Source: a virus (Duplodnaviria > Caudoviricetes). Taken from it: a DNA stretch of 56,659 bases. The stretch spans positions 1 through 56,659 of the IMG/VR virus record IMGVR_UViG_3300025267_000011; one strand, written 5' to 3'. Made by a program: the position numbers and the translations under genes. The notes under the pieces were generated by a model, which made no database searches, had not been told where the DNA came from, and worked only from the letters and a program-made list of their open reading frames with translations. Below are positions 18,085 through 28,496 of the stretch, in pieces; positions within the stretch are counted from its first letter, which is position 1, and every line of letters begins with the position of its first letter.

Positions 18085-18656
18085 GGCACCGGCCCCTCCC
18101 ACACCGCCCACATGCGGGTGCCCCCGAACCGCGGGTCGCAGGCCACCACGGTGCCGGTGTCCTGGATCGCCCAGCCCTGCACGTACGTCGAGGTCCCGAT
18201 GATGATGGAGTCGGTCGTGATCACCGCTCCGCCGCCGGACCCGGAGTCGTAGGTGCCATAGGACACCCCGGCCGAGAAGTTGGCGATATCGCCGTCGGTG
18301 GCGATTCGCACCCCGATGGTCGACCCCAGGGGGGCGGTGACGGGCTGCAGCGTCACCGACAGGCCGAAGCGGTAGACCCCCGGCGTGTTAATGATCAACT
18401 TGTCGGCGTCGATGCCCGACCACATGCTGTCCGTGTCGACGATCCGCTCATCCCACACGATCGCCCGGTCCGACCCGTTGAACAGCTCGAAGTTCTCCAC
18501 CGACACCCCGACCACGACGACCGGCCGGTCCTTGCGGAACCCGCCCATCGTGAAGTTGTAGAGGTTGAACAGGTTGTCGGTGATGCCCGCGAGATTGGTC
18601 GCGGTCGGGACCTGACCCGCGGTGAACGTCGGCAATGCGGGAACGGGGGCGGTCAC
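18081..18656 (-). CDS. Minor tail protein, C1q/TNF-like (paralog 2)
   Basis: IVWDERIVDTDSMW...LIINTPGVYRF. Confidence 0.7.
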   Translation of the reverse strand: MTAPVPALPTFTAGQVPTATNLAGITDNLFNLYNFTMGGFRKDRPVVVVGVSVENFELFNGSDRAIVWDERIVDTDSMWSGIDADKLIINTPGVYRFGLSVTLQPVTAPLGSTIGVRIATDGDIANFSAGVSYGTYDSGSGGGAVITTDSIIIGTSTYVQGWAIQDTGTVVACDPRFGGTRMWAVWEGPVP

Positions 18657-19297
18657 AGCGTCACCGCCCCTCTACGCAGATCGAGCGGCGCGACCCATTC
18701 CAGCGACGCCTTCAGCCCGCCCTGCGTGGAATCGAGCGGGTGGGTCTGGTTGTTCGACGGCTGCCCCGTGTTGAGCGGCCCGACCTGCACGGGGCAGAAC
18801 CGCACCGCGGCCCCGACGTCGAGCGGCACCAGCGCGGCGCCGTGCACCTGCGCCGGCTGGTTGAGCACCAGCCGGACCCGCGGGTTGCACACCGCGTCGT
18901 GCTCGACGTTCTCACCGCCGACGAGGATCGCGGCCTGGATGCGGGGCTGCGGATTGTTATTGAGGTTGCCCGACGCCGCGAAGCAAGCGCGGATTTCCAG
19001 CCAATAGATGCCCGCCGTGTTGATAGTGACGACCGATAGCGCAGTCCCGGACGACGCGGCGAAACCATCGGTATCGACGAGATATGTCACCGGCCCGACT
19101 GGCTCGACAAAGTTGTGCCGAACCGATGCCGACGCGCATTGCAAAACCGCCATCGGCTTATGGGTGCGGAAACCGCCCATCCGGCCATTGAACAAGGTCT
19201 CCACGTTGCGCGGCATCGCGTTGAGTTCCCGCTGCCGAACGATCCTGCCGTCCACGAACTCGGGGATCTCAGGCGTCGGCCGTGAGAGATCAGCCAC
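18653..19297 (-). CDS. Minor tail protein, C1q/TNF-like (paralog 1)
   Basis: LVDTDGF...VTINTAGIYWL; shared N-terminal motif. Confidence 0.65.
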   Translation of the reverse strand: MADLSRPTPEIPEFVDGRIVRQRELNAMPRNVETLFNGRMGGFRTHKPMAVLQCASASVRHNFVEPVGPVTYLVDTDGFAASSGTALSVVTINTAGIYWLEIRACFAASGNLNNNPQPRIQAAILVGGENVEHDAVCNPRVRLVLNQPAQVHGAALVPLDVGAAVRFCPVQVGPLNTGQPSNNQTHPLDSTQGGLKASLEWVAPLDLRRGAVTL

Positions 19298-19312
19298 CGC
19301 CGCACCTCCTTC

Positions 19313-21829
19313 CTAATACACCGGCACGGCGGTCGTCCCGAGCGCCCCGGCCGTCGACGACCCCAACACCCAGGCCCGATCCACCCACACCGGAGACAGC
19401 TCCCAGATCGACTCCCACGTGCCGGCCGCAACGTTCACGTCCTGCGTGATCGACTCGATGTAGAAGTCGGCCGAGAACATCGGCCCGACCCGTGGGCGCC
19501 GGCGGATCGTGACGCGGAGCCCGATCTCGGCGGCCAGCACGATCGGCCACAGCTCCGGCTTGGAGTCCGGGCGCAGCACCAGCCGCTCGCACCGCATCCG
19601 AGGCGCCGCGTACCGGCGTCGCCGGTAGGTCGCGGCCTGTTCCAGTTCGAAGTCGTCGAGCACGTCGAGGGTGAGCGACAGCGTGCGTTGGCCGATCTCG
19701 TCCTCGATCGCGGCGTCGACGACCTCCAACGGCCCCGACCGGCCGGGCCGGGACAGTCTGACCCGCGAGAACACGTAGCGCGGGTCGTAGTCGAGCCGCA
19801 GGTCCTCGTAGGGCAGTTCCCCGGCGGCCTCGCCGAACACCCAGCCCGTGCGCACGCCGTCGAGGTGTCGGGCAACGGAGGTCTCCACCACGACCTCGCC
19901 GTCGCGGGCCGCGTACACGATCCCGTCGGCGGTGGCGGCGAGCGCCTCCAAGGCCGCGAGGGCCGACCCCCCGATCTGCTCGTGATCGGCGGCCAGCGGC
20001 GCCGAGGCCGAGTCCACGGGGACGCGCCGGGCCCCGCCCGGGTACACCCGGTCCAGAATGCGGAGCGCCCGCTGGTCGGGCGCCTCACCGAGGTACCCGA
20101 CCCCGCGCTGGTAGTGGGCGCGCAACCGGGCGCTCGGCAGCCGTGTCGGGTAGAACCCGACACGGGCGACGCTCACCTTGGACAGCGGGTTCCCGTTGCG
20201 GGTCAACGCGGAAATGTTGATCGAGTTGATTCCGTAGTCGGTGATCGGCAGCGGAATCCCGGCCAGGGCGCCGTCTTCACGTACGCTCGCATCGAACCTG
20301 TAGGCGGCCTTCCAGTTGCCCGGAACGGCGGGGTCCGGCTCGAACGAGATAGCGAAGTAGTGCCATTGCCCGTCGTCGAGATAGGCGTCGGTGATGACAA
20401 AGTCCTCCGCGGCCGGGTACCCGTAGAGCAGCCCTGGCAGGTTCACCGCGAGATAGGACCGGGCGTAGTTGTAGAACATCAGCCCGAACCACTGATCACC
20501 GCTGGTCGGTTCCAGGTAGTTGCCCGAGGTGATCGACTGGAACACGATTCGCGCGACCGATGCGTCGATCTTCGCCCAGAACTCGATGGTCGCCGCGCCG
20601 GTGTTCAGGGTGAACAGCGTCGGGCCCCACCCGGTCGCGTTGCGCGTGTCGAGGGAGGTCACCTGGCCCGCGTAGTCCAGGTCCGCCGGGTTCTGCCGTT
20701 CCTGCGACAGCGTCACGGCCGGGGTCCCGTCGGGCAGGGTGTCCCCGCGCCAGGCGATCGTCCCGCCCTTGGACGGCAGGAACTCCCGCATGCGCACGGT
20801 GCCCGCGAGCCGCCCCTGCGCCCGGCCGGGACCGGTCGCGTCATCGAACGGCAGCCACAGCGACGGGTCGTCGCCGGCGATCTCGGCCTCGTAGGTGTCG
20901 TCCAGCACGGTGCGGGACAGCACCGACAGCGCGTCGACGAGCTCCAACGGCCGCTGGCCCCGGAACCCCCGGTCCACCCACCGCTGCGGGTAGCGCTCGA
21001 TGAACCCGGTCCACACCGGCCAGAACACCGGGCCCGAGGTCGTGAAGGCCGAGGGGGTGGCGACCCCGTACTCGACCTGCTCGTCGTCGAGGAACACCTG
21101 CAGGGTCCCCGACCCGCCGGTCACGACCAGCGACAGCGGCGTGCGCAGCCCGGTCGCCATGACCGTGGCCGACACCCTGGTCCAGCCGCCGCCCGACACC
21201 GCGGTCCCCGACAGCACCCCGCCGAGGTTGAACCGCGCGCTCACCCCGGAGGTCGTCACCCGCAGGTACGCGCTGTAGGTGATCAACGTTCCGGGGATCG
21301 ACCACGGCCCCCAGTGCTCTCCGTTCGGGCCGACCCAGGCCCGCGCGGTCGCAGACGGCCCGGTGAGGAGGAAGTTCAGGCACCGCGTCCCCGACCGCGG
21401 GGTGATCGTCGAGCTTGCGACCGTGCCGGCCCCCGTCGCGTCCCACCCGTTCACCCCGCCGTTCTCGAGTCCCGGGTGTGTCGTCCCGCCGTAGGTCCCG
21501 GCCTGGATCGCGTTCCCTGGGGTGTCCGGCCCGGGCCACCACGCCCGCACCTGAGCCGCCCGGTACAGCGCGAGCTTGTTCGTCCCGGAGTTCAGCGGCG
21601 AGGACGTGTTGCTCGGGTTGAGGGTCTCCTGCGGGTCCTCGACGGTGATCGAGCACGTCCCGGCCTCAACCTGCCCCAGCTCGTAGGACCGGCCACGCGA
21701 GCACGAGAACCCGCCGATCGACCGCCCGTGCCCTTCGTCCAGCCTGACCGAGGTCAGCCCGTCCGGCCGCGCCGGCGGGCCGTGCTCGAAGTCGCCGAGC
21801 ACGACCACCTTGGGCAGGTTCGATGCCAC
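19313..21829 (-). CDS. Minor tail (hub) protein with carbohydrate-binding and LamG-like insertions
   Basis: Follows tape measure; SRGRSYELGQVEAG, CBM-like segment, TIEFW..DGQWHYFA LamG motif, LG.TT C-terminus. Confidence 0.75.
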   Translation of the reverse strand: MASNLPKVVVLGDFEHGPPARPDGLTSVRLDEGHGRSIGGFSCSRGRSYELGQVEAGTCSITVEDPQETLNPSNTSSPLNSGTNKLALYRAAQVRAWWPGPDTPGNAIQAGTYGGTTHPGLENGGVNGWDATGAGTVASSTITPRSGTRCLNFLLTGPSATARAWVGPNGEHWGPWSIPGTLITYSAYLRVTTSGVSARFNLGGVLSGTAVSGGGWTRVSATVMATGLRTPLSLVVTGGSGTLQVFLDDEQVEYGVATPSAFTTSGPVFWPVWTGFIERYPQRWVDRGFRGQRPLELVDALSVLSRTVLDDTYEAEIAGDDPSLWLPFDDATGPGRAQGRLAGTVRMREFLPSKGGTIAWRGDTLPDGTPAVTLSQERQNPADLDYAGQVTSLDTRNATGWGPTLFTLNTGAATIEFWAKIDASVARIVFQSITSGNYLEPTSGDQWFGLMFYNYARSYLAVNLPGLLYGYPAAEDFVITDAYLDDGQWHYFAISFEPDPAVPGNWKAAYRFDASVREDGALAGIPLPITDYGINSINISALTRNGNPLSKVSVARVGFYPTRLPSARLRAHYQRGVGYLGEAPDQRALRILDRVYPGGARRVPVDSASAPLAADHEQIGGSALAALEALAATADGIVYAARDGEVVVETSVARHLDGVRTGWVFGEAAGELPYEDLRLDYDPRYVFSRVRLSRPGRSGPLEVVDAAIEDEIGQRTLSLTLDVLDDFELEQAATYRRRRYAAPRMRCERLVLRPDSKPELWPIVLAAEIGLRVTIRRRPRVGPMFSADFYIESITQDVNVAAGTWESIWELSPVWVDRAWVLGSSTAGALGTTAVPVY

Positions 21830-21833
21830 AGGA

Positions 21834-24800
21834 TCACCCCCCGGAGAGACCGGCGTTGACGTTGCGACCGGCGTAGCGCGCGGTCGCCTTCCGCACGAGT
21901 TCGAGGAGGTCCCGCTCGGCGACGACCGTGCCGCCCACCTCGAAGTGGTTGTGCACCTCGTTGACGATCGCCCGGGCGACCCCACCGAGGACGCTCGCCA
22001 GGGTCGACGGGGCGAACCCGGCCGAACCCGGCGCGCTGATCCGGGCCTGAATGTCCCCGCCCAACTGCGCGCGAGCGGCCTGCATCGCCGCCCGCGCCGA
22101 GGCGATGACCCCGGGGGTGCCCTTGCGCAGGGACTCCTCGAAGTCGCCCATCAGCGCGATGCCGGAGTACGTGACGTACCCGCGACCGGAGAACGGCCCG
22201 GTCTTGGCCGGGCTGAACGGCCACAGCGCGCGCAGCTGCGCCATGCCGCGACGGACCCAATCGACCATCTGGTTCCAGCGCGACACGATGCCGTTCCAGA
22301 ACCCGGAGACCAGCGAGACCCCGGACTGCCACAGGTTCGTGTTCAGGATCGCGCGGATGATGCTCCCGGGCAGGTCGCGGGCCCACTGGATGAGCTGACG
22401 GCCCCGCTCTGCCGCCCCGGCAACCATCCCGGCGAACCACTGTCCCGCCCGCGACGGCAGCGTCGCGAACCAGGAGACGAGGTTCTGGATCGTCTGCGAC
22501 GCCCACTGCCCGGACCCGGTTCGCAGCTCGCCCATGCGCTGCTGCGCGGTGCGGTAGAGCCCGGCGAAGTGCTCGCCGACCCGCCCCGGCAGCCCGGTGA
22601 ACCACTCGACGAACCCGTTGACGGCGTCCTGCGCCCACTGCGGCGCGCCGCGCACGAGCTCCGCGGCACGCCGGCGAGCACCCTCGACGGTCTCGCTCCA
22701 CCACCGGGACGTGCGCTCGGGCAGGGTGGTGAACCACTCGACGAACCCGGCCACGATCTCCGCGCCCCACTGCCCGGTGCCGTCTCGTAGCTCGGCGAGC
22801 TTCTGACCGGCGTTCACGCCCGCCTGGGCGAACCAGCCCCCGACGGCGCCCGGGATGCCCCCGAGCCAGTTCGTGAAGCCGTGCCACACCTCGGCGAGCT
22901 TCGCGTTCACGTCGGCGTTGAACTGCGTTCCCCACGCGCCCACGTCGGCCCGGAGCTGCGTCCACCAGCCCGACACGTCGCCCGGGATGCGGCCGATCCA
23001 GTTCTGGAAGGCCTGCCAGTACTGCTGCAGCGGGGTCTCCCCGCGCTCCCACGTCGCGGACAGCTCCTCGAACTCGGCGCGGATATCGTCGAACGCGGTC
23101 GCCGGGTCGGTCATCAGCTGGTTCGCCGCGCCGGTGATGTTCTTCAACCCGGCGTAGCCCAGGCCGTTGTTGCTGGCCTCCTCCTCCGGGGTGGCCTTGG
23201 GCAGGAAGTTGTCGGCCAACGCGAGCCCGGCCAGGCCCGCGCCCGCGCCGCCGAGGTTGCGCATCAGCCGGCCAGCGGTCCGCAGCCGGGTCGCGAGCCG
23301 CCCCAGCCCGGGGATGAGCCGCGCGATGGCCCCGGCGAACGACAGGATCAGCCCGAACCGGCTCACCAGCATGAACGCCTTGAAGATGAGGTAGAGCTTG
23401 CCCATCTCCAGGATCCACCCCGAGATGTCGTCCTCGTGCTCGCGCAGGATCGAGACCAGCCACTCCAGCGCCGGCGCCAGCCACTCGGCCGCCGCCCCGG
23501 CGAGGTCCATCACCGCGGGGAGGACGATCTCCAGAATCTCCCCGAGCGCCGACAGGACCCGGCCGAACGAGTCGCCGTGCCGGTCGGCGTAGTCGAGCAT
23601 CCCGGCGAGCCCTTCGAGCACGCCGCGGAGCAGGTCCGCCGTACCGCGGGCGATATCCTGGTTCGCCCCGACGTTGACCCACGACTCGGCCAGCCGCAGC
23701 GAGCCGTCCCCGAGCGCTTGCACGATCGGGACGGCGTTCCGCTGCATCCGGTCCAGCTGCTCCTGGAACGCCGGGTCGCGGAACATATCGCCGAACCGCC
23801 TGGCGATGATCCCCATTTCCCGGCCGACGAGCCCGATGTTCTTGCGGAAGATCGGGAACAGCTCCTCGGAGTCCCGGAGCATCTGGGTCAGCCCGGGCAG
23901 GAACGCCTCCTGCGCCTCGTCGCGCAGCTCGCGCAACGGCTCGCCCATCGCGATCAGCTGCTCGACGAACGCCCGACCGGCCGGGGTCAGCTTCTTGAGC
24001 GCCTCCTCGTACTTCGAGGACTGCGCGGCGGCGCCGGCGGCCTGCTCGGCCGCCGAGGCCTGGGCATCGGCGAGCCCCTGCATCGCGTCGGCGACCGCCC
24101 GGGCCGCGTCGTCGTTGGACTCCGCGGCCTGCTGCTGGGCGTCAGCGACCGCGGCGACGGCGTCGGCGACGGACCGGGCATGGTCCTGGGCGGACTCCGC
24201 GGCCTGCTCCTGGGCCCGCGTGACGGCGTCGACGGCGTCGGCGACCGACCGGGCCGCGTCCTCGTTGGCCTCGGCGGCGTCACGGCGAGCGTCGGCGAGC
24301 TCGCGCTCAGAATCGGCGACGTCGCGCCCGGCCTCGGCCAGCGCCTCGCGCGCGTCGGACACCCGCCGCGCGGCGTCGGCCTCGGAGTCGGCGGCGTCCT
24401 TCTGGGCACGCTGCAGGTCCCTGGTCGCCTCGGTGGCCTGCTCCTGGGCCTCGGCGAGCCGTTCCCGCGCGTCGGTGACCTCCTCGGACCCCTCGATGCC
24501 CCGCTCCTGGGCGTCGCGGGCGTCGTCGACGGCCCGCGTGGTGTCCCTCTCGAGTTCGGCCTCCCGCGCGCGGGCGACGTTGAGCTCGTGGAGGGCCCGC
24601 ATCCGGGACACGTGGGTCGACTCGCTGGAGCGCAGCTCCCGGTAGTACGCGCGCTCCGCCTCGGCGACGGCGACAGCCGCGCCGAACTGGTCCACTGCGA
24701 GCGCGGCGACCCGGTCCTGGAGCTCCTGCATGGTGCGCAGGGCGTTCTGCCGGGTCGTGTCGAGCCGTTCCTCGGCCTCGGTGACGTCACGCAGCGCCCG

Positions 24801-25802
24801 GGTCTCGCGCCGGCGTGCCGCGGCGATGGACTCCGCGGCGTCCTCGGCGGCCCGGACCTGGTCGGCGAGCGCGTCCTGCACGGCGCGGTGAGCCCGCGCC
24901 TCGGCCCGCTTCGCCTCGACGATCCGCTCCGCGGCCGCCTCGATCGCCTCGGCCCCGTCCCGCGCGGTGCGCGCGGCCTGCCGCTGCGCGTCGACGACCC
25001 GACGCTGGGCGTCGGCGATCGCCCTCGCGCTGTCGCGAGCCGCCCGGGCGGCCTGCTGCTGGGCGTCGACGACCCGGCGCTGGGCGTCGGCGATCGCGTC
25101 GGCCCCGTCCCGGGCGGTGCGCGCGGCCTGCCGCTGCGCGTTCGCGATCTGCTGCTGGGCGTCGCGGATCGCGCGGGCGCTCGCCGCCGCGGCGGCCGCG
25201 CCGGACGTCGACGCGGTCGCCGCGGCCTCCTGGTCCGCGGCGTACCCGCGTAGCGCCTCCCCGACGCCGAAGAACGACCCGCCGAGGACGGTGACGATCC
25301 CGGCCAGCCCGGACGCCACGGCCGGTATGCCGGCGAGCGCGGCCCCGGCGATCCCGGCGGCCGACCCGACGAGGGCCAACTTCCCGGCGAACGAGGTCGC
25401 CGCCGACGCCGCGGCCTGGAACCGGGCGACGAGCTGCTGCCCGTAGGAGGTGACCTGGAGGAACGCCCCGCCGGCCTGTGCCGACGCCGACACGATCCGC
25501 GTCGCCGACCCGCTCCACACCGCGGTGGCGAGCCCCCATGCCGCCTGGACGCCGGTCGAGGCGTTGCGAGCGGCGGTGACGGTGCCCTGGATGCCACCGT
25601 TCATGCGGATCGCCGCGGCGGTCCACGCTGCCGCAGTCCGCGCGGCGGACCGCTCCGCGCTGACGCTGGCCTGCTCGGTCGCGGTCTCGATCTGCTGGCC
25701 TGCGGCCTGGGTGACCGCGGCCGACTGCCGCATCTGCGCGTCATAGTCGGCGTTGTCGCCGACCAGGCGACCCCGGACTGTGAAGTCGTCACCAACGGAC
25801 AC
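21834..25802 (-). CDS. Tape measure protein
   Basis: 1322 aa Ala-rich helical protein; AIADAQRRVVDAQ repeats, W-periodic region, PFSPAKTGPFSG motif. Confidence 0.9.
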   Translation of the reverse strand: MSVGDDFTVRGRLVGDNADYDAQMRQSAAVTQAAGQQIETATEQASVSAERSAARTAAAWTAAAIRMNGGIQGTVTAARNASTGVQAAWGLATAVWSGSATRIVSASAQAGGAFLQVTSYGQQLVARFQAAASAATSFAGKLALVGSAAGIAGAALAGIPAVASGLAGIVTVLGGSFFGVGEALRGYAADQEAAATASTSGAAAAAASARAIRDAQQQIANAQRQAARTARDGADAIADAQRRVVDAQQQAARAARDSARAIADAQRRVVDAQRQAARTARDGAEAIEAAAERIVEAKRAEARAHRAVQDALADQVRAAEDAAESIAAARRRETRALRDVTEAEERLDTTRQNALRTMQELQDRVAALAVDQFGAAVAVAEAERAYYRELRSSESTHVSRMRALHELNVARAREAELERDTTRAVDDARDAQERGIEGSEEVTDARERLAEAQEQATEATRDLQRAQKDAADSEADAARRVSDAREALAEAGRDVADSERELADARRDAAEANEDAARSVADAVDAVTRAQEQAAESAQDHARSVADAVAAVADAQQQAAESNDDAARAVADAMQGLADAQASAAEQAAGAAAQSSKYEEALKKLTPAGRAFVEQLIAMGEPLRELRDEAQEAFLPGLTQMLRDSEELFPIFRKNIGLVGREMGIIARRFGDMFRDPAFQEQLDRMQRNAVPIVQALGDGSLRLAESWVNVGANQDIARGTADLLRGVLEGLAGMLDYADRHGDSFGRVLSALGEILEIVLPAVMDLAGAAAEWLAPALEWLVSILREHEDDISGWILEMGKLYLIFKAFMLVSRFGLILSFAGAIARLIPGLGRLATRLRTAGRLMRNLGGAGAGLAGLALADNFLPKATPEEEASNNGLGYAGLKNITGAANQLMTDPATAFDDIRAEFEELSATWERGETPLQQYWQAFQNWIGRIPGDVSGWWTQLRADVGAWGTQFNADVNAKLAEVWHGFTNWLGGIPGAVGGWFAQAGVNAGQKLAELRDGTGQWGAEIVAGFVEWFTTLPERTSRWWSETVEGARRRAAELVRGAPQWAQDAVNGFVEWFTGLPGRVGEHFAGLYRTAQQRMGELRTGSGQWASQTIQNLVSWFATLPSRAGQWFAGMVAGAAERGRQLIQWARDLPGSIIRAILNTNLWQSGVSLVSGFWNGIVSRWNQMVDWVRRGMAQLRALWPFSPAKTGPFSGRGYVTYSGIALMGDFEESLRKGTPGVIASARAAMQAARAQLGGDIQARISAPGSAGFAPSTLASVLGGVARAIVNEVHNHFEVGGTVVAERDLLELVRKATARYAGRNVNAGLSGG

Positions 25803-25859
25803 GTGCTGCCCTCCTCGGCCTGGCTGGAGCGGGGGAGGGGCTGGTGCGTGTGGTGCTGG

Positions 25860-26285
25860 TCAGCGCCAGGCGGCGCGGAAGATCGCCGCGACCTGGGGGA
25901 CGGCCACCGCTACGCCGGGGGCGACGTAGGGGCGCGGTGGCAGGGTGGTGCGCCCGAGCCGGCCGGTCTGCCCGCCGAACTCGTGGATGCGGCCGTAGAC
26001 CGCCGTCGGGCCGAACGAGGCCTCCCACCCGGCCAGGCCGAGGGGCCGGGGCCGGGTGGACCCCACGGAGCGCCGGAGGTTTCCGCTGATCAGCGACGGC
26101 GGCTGCCCGGGGTTGGACGGGGTCGGGGTGCCCCGGACGTGCGAGGAGCGCGACAGCTGGAGCTTGATCTGCCGCTCGATCACCAGGGCCCCGTCGGCGG
26201 TGGCCCGCCGGGTCGCCTCGCTGCGTCGTTCGGCCATCGCGAGCAGGTGCCCGGCCGCCTCGGACGGGTTGTCGAAGTGCGGCAT
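25860..26285 (-). CDS. HK97 gp10-like neck/tail-completion protein
   Basis: PGQPP.LISGNLRRS, YGRIHEFGG, LPPRPY motifs. Confidence 0.75.
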   Translation of the reverse strand: MPHFDNPSEAAGHLLAMAERRSEATRRATADGALVIERQIKLQLSRSSHVRGTPTPSNPGQPPSLISGNLRRSVGSTRPRPLGLAGWEASFGPTAVYGRIHEFGGQTGRLGRTTLPPRPYVAPGVAVAVPQVAAIFRAAWR

Positions 26286-26310
26286 GGTGGCGCCGACCTT
26301 CCCGGCCGGG

Positions 26311-26560
26311 TCAGTGGGCGCGGCGGAGCGCGGCCTGCTGCTCGGCCTCCTCGACCTCGTCAAGCACCTGGGTGACGAGGGGAATGCGAATGCGATCCCG
26401 CAGCGGGAGGGACGCGACCTGGTCCGGGGTGAGCCTGTAGCGCCTCAGCCACCAGATCACGTCCAGCGTCTCCTCCCACAGCGTCGGCTCACCGGGCAGC
26501 GGCGGGCCTACTTCCTCACCCCTCAGGCGTGCCCGGATGCGCCGTCGGGCCCGGTAGGGG
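26311..26560 (-). CDS. Tail assembly chaperone extension (probable frameshift product)
   Basis: No good start; WWLRRYRLTPDQVASLP resembles gpT-like W.P..V..LP; lies in the -1 frame of the upstream chaperone. Confidence 0.55.
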
Positions 26561-27197
26561 AGGTGGGGTCCTCGTGGTCGGCCGGGTCGACCTTGCGCGG
26601 GGTCAGCAGGTCCATGACCGGCTGCAGCTTGGCGACGACGACGTCCTCGTCGCGGATGGTGAGCTCGTCGAAGCTGGACCCTTCCCCGGTCTCGGGGTCG
26701 GCGGTCTGCAGCGACGGGATGCGCGCCTCCGGGGCGTAGGGCAGCGACCAGGCGACGATCATCACCTCGGCGACGGCGCGCTGCATCCGCGCGATCGTGC
26801 CCATGTCGAACGCCTCGGCCGCCATCGGCAGCACCGCCATGACGTGGCTGCGGTGCCGGGATCGGAGGTCGTCGGTGTGGCGCAGCTGCACCCACCCGCC
26901 GGACGGGAGCGCGACACGCTCCCCGACGAGGGGACGCGCGATGACGGGGTCCGGGACGGCCGGGTAGTGGGTGGCGCCCAGCGGGTAGGGCGCGAGCACG
27001 GGCACGCTCGGGTCCGCCGGTGCCTGGCCCTGGTGCGGGTCGGCCTGGGCGGCGGCCTGCGGGGTGTAGGGCATGGCCGCACCGGGCACCACCCCGGACG
27101 CCGGGGTCGAGACGACGGCCGGGCCGAGGTAGTCGACCGGGGCCGTCATGTGCGCGGCGTGCGGGGTGGTGCTCGGGGGGAGAGGGGTGGTGTTCAT
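26523..27197 (-). CDS. Tail assembly chaperone
   Basis: Directly after the major tail gene (TGATG); VALPSGGWVQLR, IVAWSLPY. Confidence 0.7.
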   Translation of the reverse strand: MNTTPLPPSTTPHAAHMTAPVDYLGPAVVSTPASGVVPGAAMPYTPQAAAQADPHQGQAPADPSVPVLAPYPLGATHYPAVPDPVIARPLVGERVALPSGGWVQLRHTDDLRSRHRSHVMAVLPMAAEAFDMGTIARMQRAVAEVMIVAWSLPYAPEARIPSLQTADPETGEGSSFDELTIRDEDVVVAKLQPVMDLLTPRKVDPADHEDPTSPTGPDGASGHA

Positions 27198-28201
27198 CAG
27201 TACGTCGTCACTCCGTTGGCGAGGGTGATCTTGCAGGGGGACATGCCGCCGGACGTGCCGGCGTTGGCGGCGGTGGCGATCGCCTCGAACTCGACCTCGT
27301 ACTCGGCGGCCTCGTTCCCGCCCGAGTACTTCGACGCCGTGTAGTTGCCCTTCGCGATATCGACTTTGACCGAGATCAGGCCGGCGCCCGACCCCCCGTT
27401 GTCGATCACGAACTGCAGGGCGGGCTGCGCGTGGTTGAGGTAGTCGAGGAACGGCTTCTCGTCGGCCGCGACGAACATCAGCTTCCCGGTGACCTCGACG
27501 GTCCCGCGGCTGATCGTGAAGGGGTCCTGCGTGCCGGCGAGGGTGTAGTACGGCTTCAACGCCCGCTTGATCGACACCTCGGTCTCCATCACGTTCTTGG
27601 CGAGCGTGGTGGATGCGGCCGGGCCGCCGATGCCGACCTGCGCCCGCCAGGACGCGATCGGCGGGACCGTCGACGGGGTCGACGTCGGGGCGACGCCGGG
27701 GATCTTCGTCCCGAACGCGGTTCCCTTGCCGTCGAGGGTGAAGTGCTCGCTCTCGGCCGACCACTTCATCGTCAGGTCCGACAGGCACGACCCCGGGACC
27801 TGACGCGCCCCCACCGAGGCGACCGGGCCCTGGTAGTGCGTGAACGTGTGGGACGGCGGCTGCGCGCTGCCCGAGTTGAGCAGCGAGAACACGTGCTCGA
27901 ACGACGGGGCGGCACCGGTCGTGGTGAGGTCGCCCAGGATGTTGAGCAGCAGGTGACCGAGGGCGTCACCGAACATCGGGCCCTTGATCGTGAACTCGGT
28001 CTTCGTCGGGCCCTGCTGGATGCCCGACGTCGCCCCGAGGTGACCCCGCATCGCGGTGTCCTTGATCTGCTCGAACGACTGCTCCGGGACGAACTCGTCG
28101 ACGGGCATGGTGAACGTGGGCGCCACGGGCACGCCGTGGGTCGCCTCCTTCGCCAGCCCGAGGAACTGGCGGGCGGACGCGAACGTGACGGGAGCGGTCA
28201 T
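27197..28201 (-). CDS. Major tail (tube) protein
   Basis: FLGLAKEATHGVPV, HVFSLLN..AQPPSHTFT; position in tail operon. Confidence 0.85.
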   Translation of the reverse strand: MTAPVTFASARQFLGLAKEATHGVPVAPTFTMPVDEFVPEQSFEQIKDTAMRGHLGATSGIQQGPTKTEFTIKGPMFGDALGHLLLNILGDLTTTGAAPSFEHVFSLLNSGSAQPPSHTFTHYQGPVASVGARQVPGSCLSDLTMKWSAESEHFTLDGKGTAFGTKIPGVAPTSTPSTVPPIASWRAQVGIGGPAASTTLAKNVMETEVSIKRALKPYYTLAGTQDPFTISRGTVEVTGKLMFVAADEKPFLDYLNHAQPALQFVIDNGGSGAGLISVKVDIAKGNYTASKYSGGNEAAEYEVEFEAIATAANAGTSGGMSPCKITLANGVTTY

Positions 28202-28485
28202 CGGGACTCCTCGGTGCCGGCGCCGCCGGCGGTGTCGGTGGGCGCGGTGTCGGTGGGCGCGGGCTGGGATGCGGGCGACCAGTGCGCGGTGTCGGGCGGG
28301 CCCTCGGGCCACTCGACGACCTCGCCCGGGGCGACCTCGCGGCCGAGGGGCATCGGGACGACGGGGTAGGGGCCGCTGAACCGCCACCACCGCGGCGCCG
28401 GGGCCGCGGCGGGCTCGACGTCGGGGGTCGGGGTGGGCGGCTGGTCGGTGCGCGCGCGGGCGCGACCGCTGGAGGTGCTGGACAT
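28198..28485 (-). CDS. Small hypothetical virion protein
   Basis: RBS GAGGAG; coupled to the major tail gene. Confidence 0.55.
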   Translation of the reverse strand: MSSTSSGRARARTDQPPTPTPDVEPAAAPAPRWWRFSGPYPVVPMPLGREVAPGEVVEWPEGPPDTAHWSPASQPAPTDTAPTDTAGGAGTEESR

Positions 28486-28496
28486 GACGGGTCTCC

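Noticed and set aside
17515-19297. Diversity-generating retroelement targets
   Set aside because: No reverse transcriptase or TR/VR repeat pair seen in the window
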